Assembly: GCA_009602735.1 (NCBI GenBank)
Contig: WELA01000881.1
Coordinates: forward strand, 62,001-126,000
DNA length: 64,000 nt
From: Mesotaenium endlicherianum
Taxonomy: Eukaryota
Direction of reading: 5' to 3'
Shown: piece after piece, positions 48,049-60,638 of the stretch
Layout of the letters: every line of letters begins with the position of its first letter
Position numbering within the stretch: position 1 is the first letter of the stretch
The notes under the pieces: model-generated
The model's database searches: none
What the model saw: the letters and a program-made list of their open reading frames with translations, nothing else
What the model was told of the DNA's origin: nothing
Made by a program: the position numbers and the translations under genes

Positions 48049-49435
48049 TCGATGAATTGTGTTGTTATGTTGAGATGGTCAACATTTTCCTCATTGGTAC
48101 CAGAGGCGTTCTGTTGTCACTCCTCATATGTAGGGTAACTGCAAGGATGGAGATTGGCAAGGCTAGGCATTATTGTTTCATGATTTCTGGAATTCGGTTT
48201 CTTACATTTAGTCTCCACCCTAATGCTCGTCACTTTGTGGACAGCAAGTGGTTGCTTGTGCATCTCCTGAAGCCATGATGTGTTTCAACTGGAGTGATAT
48301 ATATGATCCTTTACTTGCCCTTCAATTTAATGCACATTTCATTTGTGTTTGGAGTTAACCTAGATTCCCATTCCTCATTGAGAGCAATCAAGTCAATCCA
48401 ATTCAGTTTTGTGACCTAAGTTCCAATCGCCAACAAAATATTCATCAAACTCGCACCACATAGGTCAAGCTTGAATAGCCACTGAACTTGTACTTCTATT
48501 GCTCATTTACAAATTAGGATTAATAATAATGCTTCGCTTTAACTTAATGCATGGTCCACCTCTCACGTAAGTCAAACGTAAGGTAGATGCGCCCCAGTTA
48601 ATAGGTGCGATCTACCAACCTTTATAACACATATGGTAAGTCTCACGCGCCATTATGTACAAACAATCTATTTCTACCTTTGCTTCTTGTCATGACCAGT
48701 GCTGTCGACTCCGTTGAGCGTCAAATCAAAGTGAGTGGGGAGTTGGAGGATGATGACAAGTCTAAGTGGTAAGTCAGGTTAGGGTGGTAGGTAAGGAAAG
48801 CTCAGTTCATAGGCAGTTGAAGTGAGAACTTGAACCTATGATCCGCTCACGAGGTTTTGCTGTTGAGCAACTGTGAGGTCCCACCCGGATCGTGAACTTA
48901 CTTTTCGCCTCCACATGTGGTGTCGCTGCCCACATGTTTGGAGACCGGCCCACAAATTCCCTCACTTGTTGGGTCGGCCTTGGTACCAAGTGCGAACCTT
49001 AGCCGTCTCTAACTAAGCCTTCATTGTACTCTAGGCGAGCCCGTAGGGTATGCCTGCGGGCTCGCTAGGGGTTAGGGAGTGTACAAGTGAGTGTGTGTGG
49101 GATTGAGAGGGTGTACGGTCCATAGTCTGTCCATTATCTTTTCACTTTACATTTGTCAATAGTAAGTCACTATTCCATTTTGACGCGATAACGCATCACC
49201 ACAATAAGGTGTGTTTTTTGTTTGATCTCGTAGGCACTGGGCTTAGACATTTGCGAGCGGGCTACTTAGTGAGCACGCTAACACCATTTTGGTGTTAGCA
49301 TTTGTTTCTCCAAATTTATACTTCTATTATTACTCTCCTCACAAGCTTTGTGTCCTCGGCTCCTTTGCGGAGTGTACTTGCATGCCATCTCCCTCTTTGT
49401 AAAGTAGTGCGTGCTTCTTTTCTCATGCTTCGGAT

Positions 49436-49794
49436 CCTAGTTATGGGATACGTATTTGGAGAATACGTAATACGTATACGTATTGCGAAAATACGTGTAA
49501 AAAATGGAAATACGTGAGTGTTACGTTTTTCCAAGATTCTCGAAAAAATTGGCAGAGCTTATAATTTTCAAATTGCTTCGGCACCTCGAGCGCGATCAAT
49601 CGCGAATGGTAGAGGACTCAATTTGCTATGATATGAAGGTGGTGAAAGTAGAAAATTCATTGTCACATTTTCAAACCGCCATATATTCATTTTTACCTCG
49701 TCGGGACGCGTATTTTGAGTATTTTGAAAATACGTCAAAATACGTGGTGTAATACGTCGCTCACGGACCAATACGCGAGTATCCCATAATTAGG
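49436..49794. mobile_element. hAT-type MITE
   Basis: TIRs CCTAGTTATGGGATAC / GTATCCCATAATTAGG. Perfect 8-bp TSD CTTCGGAT. Confidence 0.92.
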
Positions 49795-50268
49795 CTTCGG
49801 ATCCATAGATTATAGCTCTCGTGAGGCCGAGTTCGGCCATATCATTGCTAGCCACTTGAGTAGCTCACTACACTCTTGCTTTGTTCTCGTATTTGTCGTC
49901 GTCCGCCTTGCTGAGCCTATCCCTCCATTACATACAATGCTAATCCATCACATTGTTAGGTATTAGAGGCCGGTCGGGAACTCAAACACTGGTGACCCCT
50001 GACATTCACCCACGTTGCATAAGTAGTTTCTCTTTTCGACGGGACTAGCTCCTTGTTTCTCCTGCCAAGATAGCAAGTAACCAACCCTTCGCCAGGGACT
50101 ATCAAAGGTTGACAGTAGTGACTGATAAGGACAAATCTGGTTTTGCCCGCCTCCTCGTCTGGAGAGCGCATGCTCTCCACTCGAGGGCGCACCAGGAGGG
50201 AATTAATTTACCAGCATTCAGCCCCGAAGGAGCTGCTATCCGAACCAGACTTCTCGGAGACGACCTCT

Positions 50269-50603
50269 CCTAGTTATGGAGAACGTATTTGGAGAATACG
50301 TTAAATGAATAAATAGAAACACGTGTGTATTACGTTTTTCCAGGATTCTCGGAATAATTGGCTGAGCTTTTAACTTTCAAGTTATTTAGTAATTTCGAGC
50401 GCAAATTGTTGCAAATGGTAGAGGACTTAATTTGCTATGCTATGAAGGTGGAGAAAATAAGAAATCCGTTGTTACATTTTCAAACCGCTAAAGATTCTTT
50501 TTTACCTCGTAAGAACATGTATTTTGAGTATTTTGGAGATACGTCAAAATACGTGGTGTATTACCTCGCTTACGGACCAACACGCGAGTATCCCTTAACT
50601 AGG
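50269..50603. mobile_element. hAT-type MITE (same family, older)
   Basis: CCTAGTTATGG... to ...GTATCCCTTAACTAGG, internally similar to 49436-49794. TSD not recognisable. Confidence 0.85.
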
Positions 50604-50658
50604 CCAACCCTGAACCTGCCAGTAAGCACACATATTAGTCTGACTACCCCCTTGCGCC

Positions 50659-50992
50659 CCTAGTTATGGAATACAAATACGAAGTATTTATATAACGAAT
50701 ACGTACTAGAGTTATACGTGTAAAATTTGAAAATACGCGTGTATTTTTATTTTTCAAGATTCTTGGGAAAAATAGAAAGCTTCATAACTTCCACAATTTT
50801 TCAAAATTTTGAGCGCGTTTGGTCACGAATGATAGAGGTGTTGATCTGCTATAAATAGAATGTGCCAAAAGGAAATTAATGATATGAACATTTTATACTT
50901 GTCAAAAAAAAAGCCGCGTTCCTTTGGTTATTTCAAAATACGTGGAATAATCCAATGGTTTGGGACCATCACGCAAGTATTCCATAACTAGG
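50659..50992. mobile_element. hAT-type MITE (same family)
   Basis: TIRs CCTAGTTATGGAATAC / GTATTCCATAACTAGG. TSD CTTGCGCC / TTTGCGCC (7 of 8). Confidence 0.88.
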
Positions 50993-51912
50993 TTTGCGCC
51001 CCCTCTCCAATTGAGTCTTCCTCACGATGTTGTGGGAGGCTGGTGGGGGATTGACGAGGGTTACGAGGATGTTCACCCTGCTGTTGATTTATCGTTCAAA
51101 ATGTCCGGTCCTCGTCCTCTTTTGCGGTGCATCCAACCTACCAGTCATTCTTATGGCATGCCACTGCTCTCGTTAGAGTCTGAGATTGATGCATCTATGG
51201 CAATGTTGCATCCTCGTACTTACAGATTGACGCGTAACGAGTACTTTGACACCTTACCTACGCACGTGGGCGGAGAGGCTTTGGTGCTCTATCAATGTGT
51301 CAGGCTTGATATCATTTGCACCATCTCCAATGCCCCTTTCCTAGCCGCCCCCTGAGGACGGCGTAGGCGTCGTTTCCCTTCCCCTTACTCGACGCTCCTC
51401 TTGTGGATGGGCCAGCCGCTCATAGGGCCGCTGCTGCAGCTGTCGCTGCTGGATTGGATCTTGCTTAAGTTTGAGAAGTCGTTAGAGCCTCTTCTGAGCG
51501 TTCCATACGTATCGTGATACGCTGTGGTAAAGTACAAAAAAGAATGTGTATGTACCGACATGATATGAAACTAATTTTCTTAAGTAGCCCTTCTCTAATT
51601 TCTTTCACCTGTTTACTTATTACCCGCTCACCACGTCGGCCCCGCCGCAACCCAGAGACACAGGTTGAGGGGGCTCGTGCAGTCCACAGCCGTTGTGTAG
51701 CCGCCCATGCATCTCTCCCAAACCCTTCCGTCGACTCTGATCACGGTCGTGGTGACGTCCAGCTAGCCCAGCATCCTTGTTCATTTGAGACGACAAGCAG
51801 AGGCCCCCTCATGCACGTGCACCCGTACCCAATAGGCCTCTGGCACATGTTGGTGAAGATTCTGCAGGTAAAATGAATCATCCCAAACGACGTCCCCATT
51901 GCTCATCCCAAG

Positions 51913-52268
51913 CCTAGTTATAAAATACCGTGCATCGGCCTAGCTTGTCGTACCAATACTCCGTATACGTATCAAAAATACACTTTAAGTAATAGTGGTC
52001 CGTTCTTTTTAACACCAAAATAGGAGTCTCCCTTCTACAGGCGAATGGTTGACAGATTTTTCTTTTTTGACCATCTTTTTTTGACGCGCTCGTTAGTCTC
52101 CACCTAATGTGGTTGACGAAATATACGAATTTCAAACTTTCTAAAAGTTACAACCGCAAACACGCTTGGCGCATTTTGGCATAATATACGTCTGATTTTG
52201 ACAAACCTATATATACGTATCCGTACAGGTTGTACCCGTACAAGCCGTATCCGTATTTCAAAACTAGG
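51913..52268. mobile_element. hAT-type MITE (related TIRs, different interior)
   Basis: CCTAGTTATAAAATAC / GTATTTCAAAACTAGG. Perfect 8-bp TSD ATCCCAAG. Confidence 0.88.
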
Positions 52269-52939
52269 ATCCCAAGCGCAGCAGCTATGTACCGACCTGC
52301 GAGCGGCCGCAGCTTTTGTTGAGCGCGACCTCCTTCTGCCGCCATCCTACCCACAAGTGGCTGTCAACCTGCCTCGCAGCAGGAATCCACCCATTTTGTC
52401 TACGCCACCTCAGCCTGCTGTTGCTGATACGCCAGCAACATTCGCAGCACTTTTTGCACGTGCTGCTGTTGAGCACCTTTTGCTCACCTCAGCCCTTGAA
52501 TCCGCGACTGCTAATTAGGTGGTGTCCAACCAGCCAATTGCCTCTTTGTGAGAGAATACCCTTCCATTGCTTTCGGAGTTTCCCCACACGGTGGCCTCCT
52601 GCATACACGTGTCCTATGCACGTCGAGTCCCCCACACTCTTTCACTCATAGTAGAGCCCAACCCTATGCTTAGCCCGCCTCTTGCTCTTCACAATTGCGT
52701 GACGTTCCCGTGTTGCGCAGGTCCCTCATGACTGCTTCACTTGCTTCCTTGGTACAGGCACACAAAGGCCCTCACATGGGAGCTCCTCCGGTGCTGCACA
52801 ACCTCCTCGTCGTCACTCAATTTGCCTGTAGCCCGCCTGATGCCGATTTGCCTATTGCTGTCAGTTCACCCGCCGCCAGCCGTCTGCTCGTGATGCATAT
52901 TGCTTCTTTGGGGTTTAGTATGACGTTTGCAATGAAAGT

Positions 52940-54030
52940 TTTAGGACGGTGATGCTTCACGGTCATTGACTCAGGAGCATCAGACAGCTTATAAATGCAC
53001 ATTTTCCAGACGACATGAAGTTACTTCCACTACTCAAGAAACAACAACTTCGCTTAGGCGATGGTTCTTTAGCTTGTATTATTGGAACGATTAAGTTACC
53101 TCTTAAGATACACTCATACTTTGGACACGAATAATTATGCATTACTGAATTGCTCGAAGGTATTGATGCAATTTTGGGTAACAAATGGCTTACACGAACA
53201 AGCGATTCTTGACTGCGGTCAAAAGACATGCATTGTTCAAAAAGGGACCGAAAAGAATACTCTTCAGTCTCTTAAACCTGATTTAGTCTTGGGAAGTCTT
53301 ATATTGTCCATTAAGCAAACACGACATTTGGCAAAATAAGGTCAATGTGCTTTCTTCGATTTCCTGCAACCTGATCCCTCCGCGACGACCAATCCACTCG
53401 TTACAAAAAAACCTGTGCTGGACATCCCTGATCTCGTGGACACACTTACAGCTGAACTTGCTGCTTGATTGCAGAAATACAAGAAAGTGTTTTCCGGGGA
53501 AATACCAGCCGGGCTCCCGCCTGATAGGGATATTTGGCATACAATTCCTCTCGTTCCCGATTCTCAACCGCCTTGGCGACCTATCTAACGTATGTGCCCA
53601 TTAGAGATGACAGAAATGAAGAACCAAATTACCGACTTTTTGAAGAAAGGATGGATTGAGCCGAGTGTTTCAAAGGAAGATGGGACGCGCAGAATATGCA
53701 AGAGATATCGTGCGTTGAACAACATAACGGTCAAGAATTGCTATTCGTTGCATCGCATAAACGATTTGTTTGATTTGCGGTTGGGAGCATGCGTGTTCTC
53801 CTCGCTTGATCCAGCCTTGGGCTATCATCTGATCCAAAATCACACCAGAGGACGTTCCCGAGACACCGTATCAAACGCCTATTGGACACTTCCAATACGA
53901 AGTCCTGAATTCTGGACTTACCAATGCACCGGCGACATTCCAAAGTATGATCAAGGACTTGTTTAGGTCCTACTTGGGTAACTTCGTCCAGATTTACCTC
54001 AACGATATTCAGAACTAATCAAAGACTAGG
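52940..54030 (+). pseudogene. pol: Old decayed Ty3/gypsy pol, 5' part (protease, RT N-terminus)
   Basis: [45 protein letters not shown] and YLNDI spread across broken frames. Confidence 0.85.
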
Positions 54031-54749
54031 TGAAATGAATCGACTTACCAAATAGGCGATTAACAATTAATAAAGATCTTTATATCAGCAAGTAATCTTT
54101 ATGGTATTTCCGTTAACTAGTTAAACGGCAAAGGACAACACACTAGCAGGTAATAATACTCGTAAGTCAAATGCGAGTAAACTAGCATCAATGATGCAAA
54201 TCAGTAAACTCATACATAAGCAAGGTTAGAAGACAGTGCGTACCAATGGCTTCTCGCCTTGGATTCAGATCCTCTCAGTAAGCTGTACAAGAGAGTTGGC
54301 CTCGTTTCCAAATACCGAACTCGAGAGCAATGTCTAGCGTATGTACATGGAATGAGTTTACTGTTCAACGGTCAGTGCGATGGCACCGCCTACCCGGGAG
54401 TTAACCACGTTGGTAGGACCTCGGTTAACCAAATCCACCGCCATCTCCCATCATCCCGAATCGCCATCCATCATAGGGATGTCATCTGGCCATTCATCTA
54501 GCATACCACACTTAGATGCATATCGAGGCAGTTCGCTGCTACCGAGTACGGAAGTCAGCTGGCTGTCAAAGAATGTGTCAGCAAGCTGACTTAAGGTGAC
54601 CTCAGCCTGCTACTTCCGGCCAAGTCATTAAACTGATATTAAGTATAAAGTCCAGCAGACTGATTGTTAACTAGAGTTCAGCAGGCTGAACTTATTTAAC
54701 TATATTATTTAAATGAATATTATATCGACCAATATACTGATTCATTACA
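54031..54749 (-). repeat. 3' LTR of family A copy 2
   Basis: Direct repeat of 62127-62836. Confidence 0.95.
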
Positions 54750-54954
54750 ATCCCTCCAACTTATCATGTTGTCGCCTCGACAACACTATCACAAGTAACA
54801 GCGTGCTGTCCCTCTTATCCCCAGCCTGCTGCCCTTAGGAGGGAGATATCCCCGAGGCCCTATGCTCAGGGGAGCCAGACCTCCTCCTGTCTTGGGTTCT
54901 TTTGAAGCCTGTCAGAGAAGGGGGTTCCGTGTAAGGACCCGGCGGAGAACGTAG

Positions 54955-56503
54955 TTACTGGGCTGTTTCCTCCTGCACAGTCTGGAACTGAAGGGAGGCA
55001 GCCTTCTCCTGGGCAGCCCTCAAACTGACAGGTACGTATACCGGCATCCCGGAAGGATGTTGCATGACATGAGCCAAGGGTACATGCCCTCTCTGCGAGG
55101 GAGATGCTGGCAGGCCTCTGGCTATCTCCCGAGCAGCCCTCCTGTCTGCCCTGTCCGACTGGGTCTCCTTGCCTGGAGATGGGCTCTGTCCTCTGGCAGT
55201 CCCCAGCCAAGTGATATCCTCCTCTTGAGCGAGTTGCGGCGGGGCCCACCCCGTCTTCTCCCTTACAGGGGATGTGGCAGGTGTCAGGATCACGGCGGGG
55301 CTAGTGTCCTCCTCCTCGCCTTCCTCCTCGTCTTCCTCCGACTCCGCCTCCTCGCCGTCCCCGGGTTCCTCTGAGACTTCTGGGGTCTCCTCTGTCCGCT
55401 GCTCCAGCTCTTCCCGAGAAAAAGAATATCCTACTGACCTTCCCCTTTTGGGTGCTGGTGGGGGCTGCTGAGTCCGGACCGCATAGAGGTCCTTTTCCCC
55501 CTGCTTACTTGCCCATTTGGCATAAGCGTGCTTCCCTTTGGAGAATGACTCTCGGGCCCTGCTTCTGTCCCCCTGCATCTCTTGGCTCATGCAGTCTCTG
55601 ACTCCATCCAATCTTGGGTCCCAAGCCGCAATGTGAGGGGGCAATACTATGTTCCCGTTTAGGTCTGTCAGGAAATCCTCATCCGTCGCCCTGTCATTCT
55701 GCTGGTCCCTCATGTTGATGGTCATCCACCGCCAATCAGTGGGCTTTTGGAAGAAGGCAGCGTCTGTCTTTTTGAGAGTACAAGGGTACCAGTGCCCTGC
55801 AAAGTCCAGCTGACTGGTTTCTCTGGCCAAGAATTCCCAGCTCCTCCTCTCCACCTCATTGTACATGGCTTTGAACCTGTTGTGGGGTGTCGAGTCCTTG
55901 AAGCTGTCCGCGTCCATGGGGATCATCCTAATGACCTTATCTGCCCCCCAGATACCAGGAATCGAGACAGCTCCTGCTTCGTTCACCTGGGCCATTGCCT
56001 TGGCCTCTCCGATGGTATTATCCTACCATCCTGGCGTAATCGTGGTAGAGGAGGAGCCCTGTGCCGACCTCTATATACTTGTCAAAGTTTTCAGATGTCT
56101 CCCCTTCCTTCTGGAGGATTTCCTTCTGCGACTCACTGCGACTTCTCTGGGCATACTTGAAGGCCTCCTCCAGTAGATCAAAGCCCTTGCCCATCACCGT
56201 GTAGCGGTAGCTGCTGATTCTCCTCTGTTCTTCTTCTTCAGCCGACTGCTTCCGCTTCTCCTCAGCTTGCCTCTCCTCCTCTGCTTTCTTAGCCTCCTCT
56301 GCAGCTTTTCTGTCCATTTCTTCCTGCCTCAGTCTGGCCTGTTCCTCCTCCTCCTTCTTCTTCTGCGCCTCCCGCTGTTGTTGGAGTCGTTGTGATTCCC
56401 GAGCGATGATGGAAGATGATTCGATATCTCCACGGAATTGCAAGTATTCTGCATGTGCCTCTTCCGCCCTTCTCTTCCTCTTGAGTTCCGACTTTTGAGT
56501 CAT
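54955..56503 (-). CDS. ORF3 accessory protein, second variant; 1-bp insertion frameshift at ~56018
   Basis: Removing one A in GGA TA(A)T ACC joins MTQKSELKRKRRAEE...DYARMVG to YTIGEAKAMAQ..., matching copy 1 DYAKLVGYTAEQARYLA. Confidence 0.8.
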
Positions 56504-56828
56504 CCTGCTCAATCATAAACACAATGCAGTTAGTGAAGTCATGATATTTTGCCGTTACTGAGTGCCCTTGATGAAGAGGGACGCGATCGGGAGAGTTCCA
56601 AGAGTGGAATACCTGGTGTGAGCGAATATAAGGAAAAATTGAGTTGGAGAGCAAGTGAGTGTGAGCGCAGGTTGAGTGGGTAATATGGTGATCAGAGACT
56701 ACCACTCCCTCCAACTTAAATTTTAAAGGTGGGTTGCCTGTCACAACTGTCACTAACTGTCACATCTCCCTCCAACTTATATGGAGACAGGACCTCCTGT
56801 CACCTTCCCGTGTCAACGGAAACGACTG

Positions 56829-59800
56829 TTAGGGAGGTGCCCCAGCCGCCCGAAGGTGGAACCGTTTCAACGCCCCTTTGGCATGGGTCAGCTGATCTTT
56901 AAATTCCCAAGTGTCCCCAGAGGCATCGTAACCCTTCCATCGGATGAGGTACTTCATGACATATTTAGACGATCGACGGACCGAGCGAGCGTCTAAAATC
57001 TCATCGACCTCATATTCCTCAGGGTCGCCGTCCCGGACAGCGGGGACCGGTCCCGGTTGGACAGGTAACCGACCTGTGAACAGTGTATCACCTTTGATGT
57101 ATGGTTCCAGGAAGGAGACATTAAAGACCGGGTGATCCTTGTAGTCAGCTGACATGTTCAGTTTGAAAGCATTCTGACCGACACGACGGACCACCGAATA
57201 TGGACCGACCCAGACAGGGCCAAGCTTTTTCTTGACCACACCAGGGAGGTACAGGTGCTGAGAATGCAGTTTGACTAAATCCCCCTTGGAAAATGTCAGT
57301 TCCCGACGGTGTTGATTAGCGTATTCTTGTTGGTTTTCTTGGGCCGTGTGCAAGTTTCGTTGGACTTCTGACAGGGTGTCAGCAAACTCCTGAGTTAACT
57401 GGAGGGAGACCGGGTTGTCAATCCCTTCAGGGTGAGTTAAAGATTCCCCTAGCACATCTAGAGGAGACTTAGGGACTCTACCCAGGCTGAGTTCAAAAGG
57501 AGTCTTGCCCGTTGACGCGTGCACCGCACTGTTGACCGCAAACTGAATTTGAGGCAACAGGTCATCCCAATTATCTTGTTTTTGGTTAATATATGCTCGC
57601 AGCACCTCCTACAGAACTCGGTTAGTTGTTTCAGTCTGCCCATCAGTCTGAGGGTGGTTTGCTGTGCTGAGCAGCTGTTTGACTCCCATTATCCCCATTA
57701 AAGCTCTCCAGAACTTAGAGGTGAATTTTGAGTCTCTGTCTGAGATGATATTAGAAGGGAGCCCATGTTGGCATACTACATGGTTGTAAAACTGTCTCGC
57801 TATTTCGAGTGCAGTCACTTTGACAGTTGTGGGGATAAAAATGACCATTTTTGTCAGTTTATCCACGACTACCAGTATTGAATCATGCCCGTTGGCAGTT
57901 CTTGGTAGTGAGACCACCCAGTCCATGGATATAGTTTCCCAGCGTCCCGCTGGGATGGGTAGCGGTTGCAAGAGACCTCCGGGTGGTGTGTGCCGAGACT
58001 TATTTCTCTGACACTGGTCACAGGACTTGACATATTTCAAGACCTCCCGGGGTAACCCCTCCCAATGATAATGTTTTGCCAGTTTGCCAACAGTTTTGGC
58101 CTGCCCCAAATGTCCACCCAGGAGACTGTCATGAGCTTGACTCAGTAAGAGAGACCTTATTTCCAAGTTATTAGGAATGACCAGCTTCAGCCTGCCTGAA
58201 GTGGTTTCAGTCACCCAGACCCCTCCCTTGAGCTTATACCCGAGTGCAGTAGCACGACACACACCAGTAGTGGGGCTGGGCTCAAATGTTGGGTCAGAAA
58301 GGTAGGCTTTCCTAAGTTGTTCAAGGAAGGACTTTTTCACCTTTAGTGAAGTGAGTGCACACAGGACTTTATCTACAGCATGCTGACTAAAGTTCCTTTC
58401 TTGCAAGTCAGGTCTTCTAGAGAGTGCATCAGCAGGATTCAACTTCCCTGGTTTGTAGTCGATCTGGACTTGGAACTGCTCCAGCATCTGGCTCCAGCGG
58501 TTCTCCCTCCTCGACAGCTTGGACTTCTTCTGAAAGTGGGTCAGAGCTAGATGATCTGTAATCACCTTAAAAGCTTTACCATGTAAGTATGCTCTCCACT
58601 GTTTGAGTACATGAATGATAGCTAGCAGCTCTTTATCATGCACTGAGTAATTAATCTCCGCTGGATTAAATTTCATAGACTCATACAACACAGGATGCCA
58701 TTCCTGCCGTACCTTACCTTCCTTTGTGGTTTTGTCAGCAGGCTGCAACAAAATAGCACCCATGGCAAAATCAGAGGCATCAGTAACCACCTGCACCGGT
58801 TTGCTGGGGTCATACACGGCTAGCACTGGGGCGGAACAAAGGGCACCTTTAAGGGTCTGGAAGGCAGCCCGCTGCGCTTCCCCCCACACATACCCGGTGT
58901 CTTTCTTAGTAAGGTCAGTCAGTTCACTGGCCTTTGTGGAATAATTCTCAATAAATCTCCTATAGTAGTTAGCCAACCCGATGAAGGATCTAACTTCAAA
59001 GACAGACTGTGGTACTGGCCAGTCCCTTATGGTCTGCACTTTCTTAGGATCCACACTGATGCCCTCTTTACTGACAACGTGGCCTAAGAATTCAATATTT
59101 TCCTTAAAGAAATCACACTTGCTCATTTTAGCATACAAGTGATTTTTCCGCAGAGTGTCCAGAACTTTCTTTAAGTGTTCAGTGTGCTGAGCTTCATCTT
59201 TAGAGAAAATTAAAATATCATCCAGGAAAACTTGCACAAACTTATCCAAATAAGGTCTGAAAATGTCATTCATAGCACCCATAAAGGTAGCAGGAGCATT
59301 AGTCAGTCCAAATGGCATCACGTTGAACTCATAGTGTCCATAACGTGTGCGGAAAGCAGTCTTGTGTTCATCCCCCTCAGCAATTCTGATTTGATGATAA
59401 CCACTCTTGAGATCTATCTTACTGAACACCTTAGCGCCAGACAGGGTATCAAGCAAGTCCTCGATCCTGGGTAAAGCATACTTGTTCTTTACTGTAATTC
59501 TGTTCAGGGCTCTGTAATCCACACACATCCGCATACTGCCATCCTTTTTCTTAACAAATAGGATAGGTGCGCCGTACGGTGATTTACTGGGAGAAATGTA
59601 ACCATTTTCCTCCAGCTCTGCAATCTGTGTTTTCAACTCCTCGCTCTCCAAATAAGACAAGCCATAAGTGCGTTGCCAGGGTGGCTGGCTACCAGGTAAT
59701 AGATCAATCCTATGATCTACTTCCCTTTTAGGGGGTAGTCCTGGAGGCATGTTAAACACATCAGTGTACTGAGCAACAATTTTTGCAGCAGTAGGGTGCT

Positions 59801-60638
59801 CCGGAGGGCTTACCTTTTTCTCAACCACTTCTTCAGGTTGAGGAGGTACCTCTCTTAGCAGCAGACAGAACATTCTGTCTTCCTTCTGGTTCCAGCTTTT
59901 GACGAACTCCATTGCATTCAGCAACTTGCATCCTTCTGGAAGCCTCTTCTTTTCCTTCATTTGCCATCCACACAGGACAAGAGGAAGAGCACTGGTGGGT
60001 GCCAAGTCAGTCTGCCCATCACTGGCTCCTCTCACTTTAACTGTACCTCTGCTCCAACACACTTCAGCTGGATGCCTATTAAGCCAGGACCTGCCTAGCA
60101 CGAGATCATAAAAGCCAGTGTTGAGTACCTCAAATGTAAGCGTTTCAGTTAGAACTGCAATGCCAGAACCTAACTGGACCTCAATAGGCTCAGTTATAAC
60201 TCCTCTCGGGATACTTGAGGCATCTCCAAGGAATATTTTTCTATTCTCTTGGGTGACAGTAGGCAGCCTTAGCCGCTTAACTAAGTCCTTGTGAACAAAA
60301 GTATGTGACGCCCCTCCGTTAACAAATGCCCTCACCTTCCTACCTGCAATCATGCAATGCAATAGGATATGGGGGACTATCTTTTCCTGACTTTCGCATG
60401 GTTCTCCTGACGTAGCAAAGAAATGTTGGACTTCAGGTGGAACAAGAGCATCCAGAGTGTGCACTCTCTGGACGTCTATATTACTGATGGTCTCCTTTAT
60501 CTGTTTGGCAGGCATGCATAGTGAATCCAGTTCAGCAGGACCCATAATACCTGCTACGAGGGCAGCTAGTGACGACTCACTATCTCTAGCATCCTCACAG
60601 TCAGTAGACTGGATTACTGACTGTTGCTGTCTTTTAAA
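56829..60638 (-). pseudogene. pol: Pol (PR-RT-RH-IN-chromodomain) with an in-frame TAG at 57611-57609 and protease D->N (FVNGGAS)
   Basis: ORFs 60545-57609 and 57605-56829 are in the same frame. All domains are recognisable. Confidence 0.93.
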
